A stretch of DNA of 64,000 nt, from assembly GCF_018350175.1 (NCBI RefSeq), contig NC_058383.1, forward strand, positions 10,542,001 to 10,606,000. Reading direction: 5' to 3'. The position numbers were made by a program, and so were the translations under genes. This DNA comes from Felis catus. Taxonomy: Eukaryota. Shown here piece by piece: positions 60,901 through 64,000 of the stretch (within the stretch, counting starts at the first letter, position 1; every line of letters begins with the position of its first letter). The notes under the pieces are model-generated. The model saw only the letters and a program-made list of their open reading frames with translations. It ran no database searches and had not been told where the DNA came from.

Positions 60901-61396
60901 GGTACGTGTCTGGAGGGCAGGGGCTCCGGAGCGGTCAGCTTCAGCAGGCTTGCGGGGGGGTGAGGCCTGGCCTGGGAGGATCCGGTGGGCTGGGGTGGGC
61001 GAGGGAGGGAGAGTCGGGGTCTGACCCGGGAGGGCCAGGCCGGGAGGGCTCCCCTGCAGCCGGTGCAGCTGACTGTGCAGCGACGCCTCTGGCCCGTCAG
61101 TGGCCGCAGACGCCTCGAACCCCGTCGGCAGCCCCCCCACGGGCCAATCTCCGGCGAAGCGCAGGGATGAGACCGACACACTGTTCAGGGTGGCATTTCC
61201 CGCAGGCTGTTTTGCAGCCTCTGGGGGTCTGGGCCCGAGCCTCTGGCTGGGGGGACGGGCGTGGGTGTGAACGTGCGAACCGTCTGCCCCCTGGTCCGCA
61301 GAGCAAGGCCCGAGGGAGGCGTCCCCGTCGCTGGCAGGAAGCCCGGACGAGGAGCCTGATTACGTGAACGAGAGCGTGGCAGCCACAGAAGCCTAG
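54897..61396 (+). CDS. LAT2: LAT2/NTAL/LAB transmembrane adaptor, whole spliced CDS (11 coding exons, 633 nt, 210 aa)
   Basis: Phase-consistent GT-AG exons give MNVDAELLWPGAALLLLLGTVASLCVRC (TM plus CxxC)...YYNW...SYENV...DYQNS...DYVNESVAATEA*; position downstream of EIF4H fits known synteny. Confidence 0.95.
55398..55437 (+). CDS. LAT2: LAT2 coding exon 2
   Basis: ttgcag|TGGTGAAG...AGCCT|gtgagt; VVKKSEKIYEQRSL. Confidence 0.9.
57747..57790 (+). CDS. LAT2: LAT2 coding exon 3
   Basis: ttccag|GGAAGAG...TATTCCT|gtgagt; EENAQNFAVARTYS. Confidence 0.88.
57957..58017 (+). CDS. LAT2: LAT2 coding exon 4
   Basis: tcgcag|TGGTCAGG...ACAAG|gtaggc; LVRQAWPGPLLDTASDVAPTR. Confidence 0.88.
58263..58300 (+). 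CDS. LAT2: LAT2 coding exon 5
   Basis: ctgcag|GAAGGAC...GTCGAGG|gtgagt; KDKLLRFSPSVE. Confidence 0.9.
58314..58420. repeat. G-rich minisatellite in a LAT2 intron
   Basis: Four agaca...gggactg units of about 24-36 bp. Confidence 0.8.
58588..58626 (+). CDS. LAT2: LAT2 coding exon 6
   Basis: ttccag|ATTCTGCG...AGCAAAG|gtgggt; DSASSRYLENFSK. Confidence 0.88.
58708..58738 (+). CDS. LAT2: LAT2 coding exon 7
   Basis: ctgcag|GAAGCAGA...TTCAT|gtgagt; GSRRGSDGAFI. Confidence 0.85.
59230..59285 (+). CDS. LAT2: LAT2 coding exon 8
   Basis: tgccag|AGACCCC...TCGGAAG|gtgagg; DPIATHYYNWGQFQKPSE. Confidence 0.92.
60468..60530 (+). CDS. LAT2: LAT2 coding exon 9
   Basis: cggcag|ACGATGAT...GAGTCAG|gtgagg; DDDDANSYENVLICKRKDTES. 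Confidence 0.93.
60830..60901 (+). CDS. LAT2: LAT2 coding exon 10
   Basis: ctgcag|GGGACGAA...GTGGTGG|gtacgt; GDEGSEDYQNSASIRQWRESRRVV. Confidence 0.88.
61302..61396 (+). CDS. LAT2: LAT2 coding exon 11 (exon continues to donor at 61410)
   Basis: ccgcag|AGCAAGGC...GAAGCCTAG; EQGPREASPSLAGSPDEEPDYVNESVAATEA*; then ggaag|gtaggt. Confidence 0.92.
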
Positions 61397-62080
61397 CGAG
61401 GGCCTGGAAGGTAGGTGCCCCTTCTCCCAGGGCGGTGGGCCTCACAGGCCTGAGAGGCCCCATCCCAAGGGGAAAAAAACAGGGCTGGGGGAGCCATGTG
61501 GGGGCCCCGGAGGGGGTCGAGGGGTGGCACCCATGCTGCTGAAATGGGGGGGGGCTCTGTCGGGTGTTGGGACAGCGCCCCTAGGTGCTGGGCCCCCTGA
61601 GCAGCCCGTGCCCACCCCGCCCCTGGCTCCCATGGCAGGCCCGGCGAGGGGACAGCTCCACGGCAGGCATAAGGGCCTCAGGCTGTTGTGGGGGGGGGGG
61701 GTCCGGCCGGGGGTGCTGGTGAGCTGTGGGGTGACGGGGTGGGCCCTGGGTGGTCTCCGCAATCCTGAGCGAGTGACTTCACCTTCCGGGACTATTGCCT
61801 CGCTGGCAAAACGGTGCAACCGGGACACGGCATGTGAGGGACACAGGGACAGGGGTGGGACCTGGAGACAGAGGAGGGTGCCCATGACGGTCGTGACTGG
61901 ACCGTGCGAAGCACCCGCTTGGTCAGCCAGCGTGGGGCTGAATGTTCACACGTGCCCTCTCATGGTGCCCCGAAGGCACAGAGAGCTCAGCCACTGCCCC
62001 TCCCCCAACCATACCTCCCAGCACCTGCCGCGGGCAAGTCGGCCTGAAGCGCCGCAGACACAGTCATAAAATCCACTCAT

Positions 62081-62395
62081 GGGTGCCCGGCTGGCTCAGT
62101 CGGTGGAGCGTGCAACTCTTGATCTCAGGGTGGTGAGTTCGAGCCCCTACAGGGGGTGTAGAGATTACTTAAAATTTTTAAAGCTTTTTAAAAAATTTAT
62201 TTATTTATTCTTGGGGTGGGGGGGCATGAGCAGAGGAGAGGCAGAGAGAGCGGGAGAGAGAGAGAGAGTCCCAAACAGTCTCCACACTGTCCGTGCAGAG
62301 CCTGACATGGGGCTCGAACTCACAAAGCATGAGATCATGATCTGAGCCGAGATCAAGAGTTGGACGCCTAACCGACTGAGCCACCCAGGTGCCCC
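62081..62395. mobile_element. Short SINE (+) with a CAN-SINE (-) inserted in its tail, in the last LAT2 intron
   Basis: gggtgcccggctggctcag... and ...gagccacccaggtgcccc; tacttaaaa on both sides of the minus copy. Confidence 0.8.
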
Positions 62396-63428
62396 TACTT
62401 AAAAATAAAACCTGAAGGGAAGAAAAAATCCACCCAAATCCCTGACCGTGCAGGACTTACACTCTGGTGGGAGAGATTTCACAGATGCTGTAGGCTGAGA
62501 GAGGAAAGGAGGAGGCATGTTAGGGGGTGATAAGCCCTGCAGTCGTGGGACTGGGGCAGGCCAGGGCAGCTGTGGGGGCTCCCTCCTCGCCCCGCCGGGG
62601 GAAAGATTTGCAGGGGGGCAGCGGTGCGCCCAGAGGGTCTGACGATGGGGAGGCGCGGCCAGCCACGCGGCCTGCACCTGGGTTTTCTGGGATGGGAGAG
62701 GGGGCGGCCTGGGAGACTGGAAAGAGGATCCCCGGATGCTGAGAAGAGAATGGAATTGAGGGCACAAGACAGGGAGTGGAGAACATTCCGGAAGTTCCAC
62801 CGCAGAGTGGGGAGCGAGGGAGCAGAGAAGCAGAGACGCGGGGCGGGAGCCAGAACGCTGTGCAAGTTTCTGAGCTGAAAGAAACGATGCTGTGAGGTAG
62901 GTTAGGGTGGCAGAAACGACACAGTGGGTTCGGGCTTGGGGTCCAGCTGCGGCTGGATGGAACCTTTGCGTCCAGCATCCCGTCTGGCACAGGGGGCCGA
63001 ACTCCACGGCCGGCGCCCACGGTGGCCTGGAGGCTGGAGTGACACGATCCCTGGACTCGAATTAGCGGAAGGGTTGTGCCAGGCGAGGCGGAAGCAGGGC
63101 TGAGTTAGAGCAGACGCTCTTGGCAGGTGCCTTCTGGGTGGGAGGGGAGAGGACGCGCCTTGAAGGTGAGTGCGGGTCACAGGGCAGAGGGCGTCCCTGT
63201 GCGGGTTAACCCCAGCCGGGCGGCATCGATAAGCACAGTCAGGATTTCCAAGGGAAGGAAGGCAGCTTGATGGGTGGGCTCAGCCTGCAGGGCAGGAAGG
63301 GGTCTGAACGCTGACCATCTCCACCCATCCTGACCCTGACCCTGACCCAGCCACCCTGGTGCCGAGGGAACAGAGTGCTGTCGAGGCAACCCTTTTCCTT
63401 GTAACAAACCTTTTCATCTTCGTTCAAG

Positions 63429-64000
63429 GAGCCGAGGGGACCACCAAGCTCAGAGGACTATTTACCGCCTCCCCAAAGGTCACTTCTCTGGCTCAACCGC
63501 TAGACCCCCCACGGTTGCTCCTGGGAGACGCGCTGACACGTCTGAGGACCAGCCACCAGGCCGCGGGGGACCGGTGGGGAAAGGACAAGTTACAGGTGGA
63601 ATCACCCCCTACCCCCCCGCCCGGCTCCCACAGGAGCCCAGAGCCCCTGCCGCGACCGGATGTCAAGATTCAGGGCAAGTTGCATCCCTGTCCCCACGTC
63701 TAGAACATCGTGCATCACTGATACTCCTGTGCTTTTTGCTTTGGATTCAGGTTCCAAAGTGCTAACCAATGCCGGCTGCTGGGCTCTTCCTCGTGGTCCA
63801 TAAGCTTGTACAGTTAATTTATATAGGTGGAGCCATATTTAATAATCCACATCTCCGGGCAGAGATCCGATCTGTCTCGCCTCCTAGAAGCATTACACGG
63901 AATTTCAGCAGAGTTAGGGGAGCCCCGGCGCTCCTTTCTTTGGGCCTCGGTTCACTTGGAAGAAGTCAGGCTGCAGGGAACTTCGCGCAGCCCATGGGGA
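63429..64000 (+). other. LAT2: LAT2 terminal 3'UTR exon (runs off the window)
   Basis: Pyrimidine tract plus ttcaag|GAGCCGAGG; later ataagcttgtacagttaa...gagccatattt resembles the human LAT2 3'UTR as I recall it. Confidence 0.7.

Noticed and set aside
50029..63765. Many long overlapping ORFs in the LAT2 region
   Set aside because: Artefacts of high GC and simple repeats; only the small spliced LAT2 exons give a coherent protein.
63429..64000. RFC2 3' end (and LIMK1 at the left edge), expected from synteny
   Set aside because: No recognisable exons of either gene in the window.

Overview
Mammalian genomic DNA, almost certainly from a felid because it is dense in cat-type CAN-SINEs. It is the orthologue of the Williams-Beuren region. 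About 20 kb of repeat-rich intergenic sequence is followed by complete EIF4H (+ strand, CpG-island promoter, 7 exons, 248 aa with the 60-nt cassette exon 5, intronic MIR590) and then LAT2/NTAL (+ strand, 11 coding exons, about 210 aa, 3'UTR exon running off the window end). The least explained structure is an inverted duplication about 7.4 kb apart (4349-4649 vs 12033-12334). Its core is about 98% identical but its flanks are much more diverged, and each arm carries a TATA-like box and a 5' splice site facing outward. Other points of interest are a full-length U1 snRNA retrocopy stacked on a SINE with a triplicated target site, a tandem SINE dimer, nested TE stacks, a solo ERV LTR, and altered LAT2 tyrosine motifs. 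Gene and repeat names come from recalled sequences, not database searches, and repeat boundaries are approximate.
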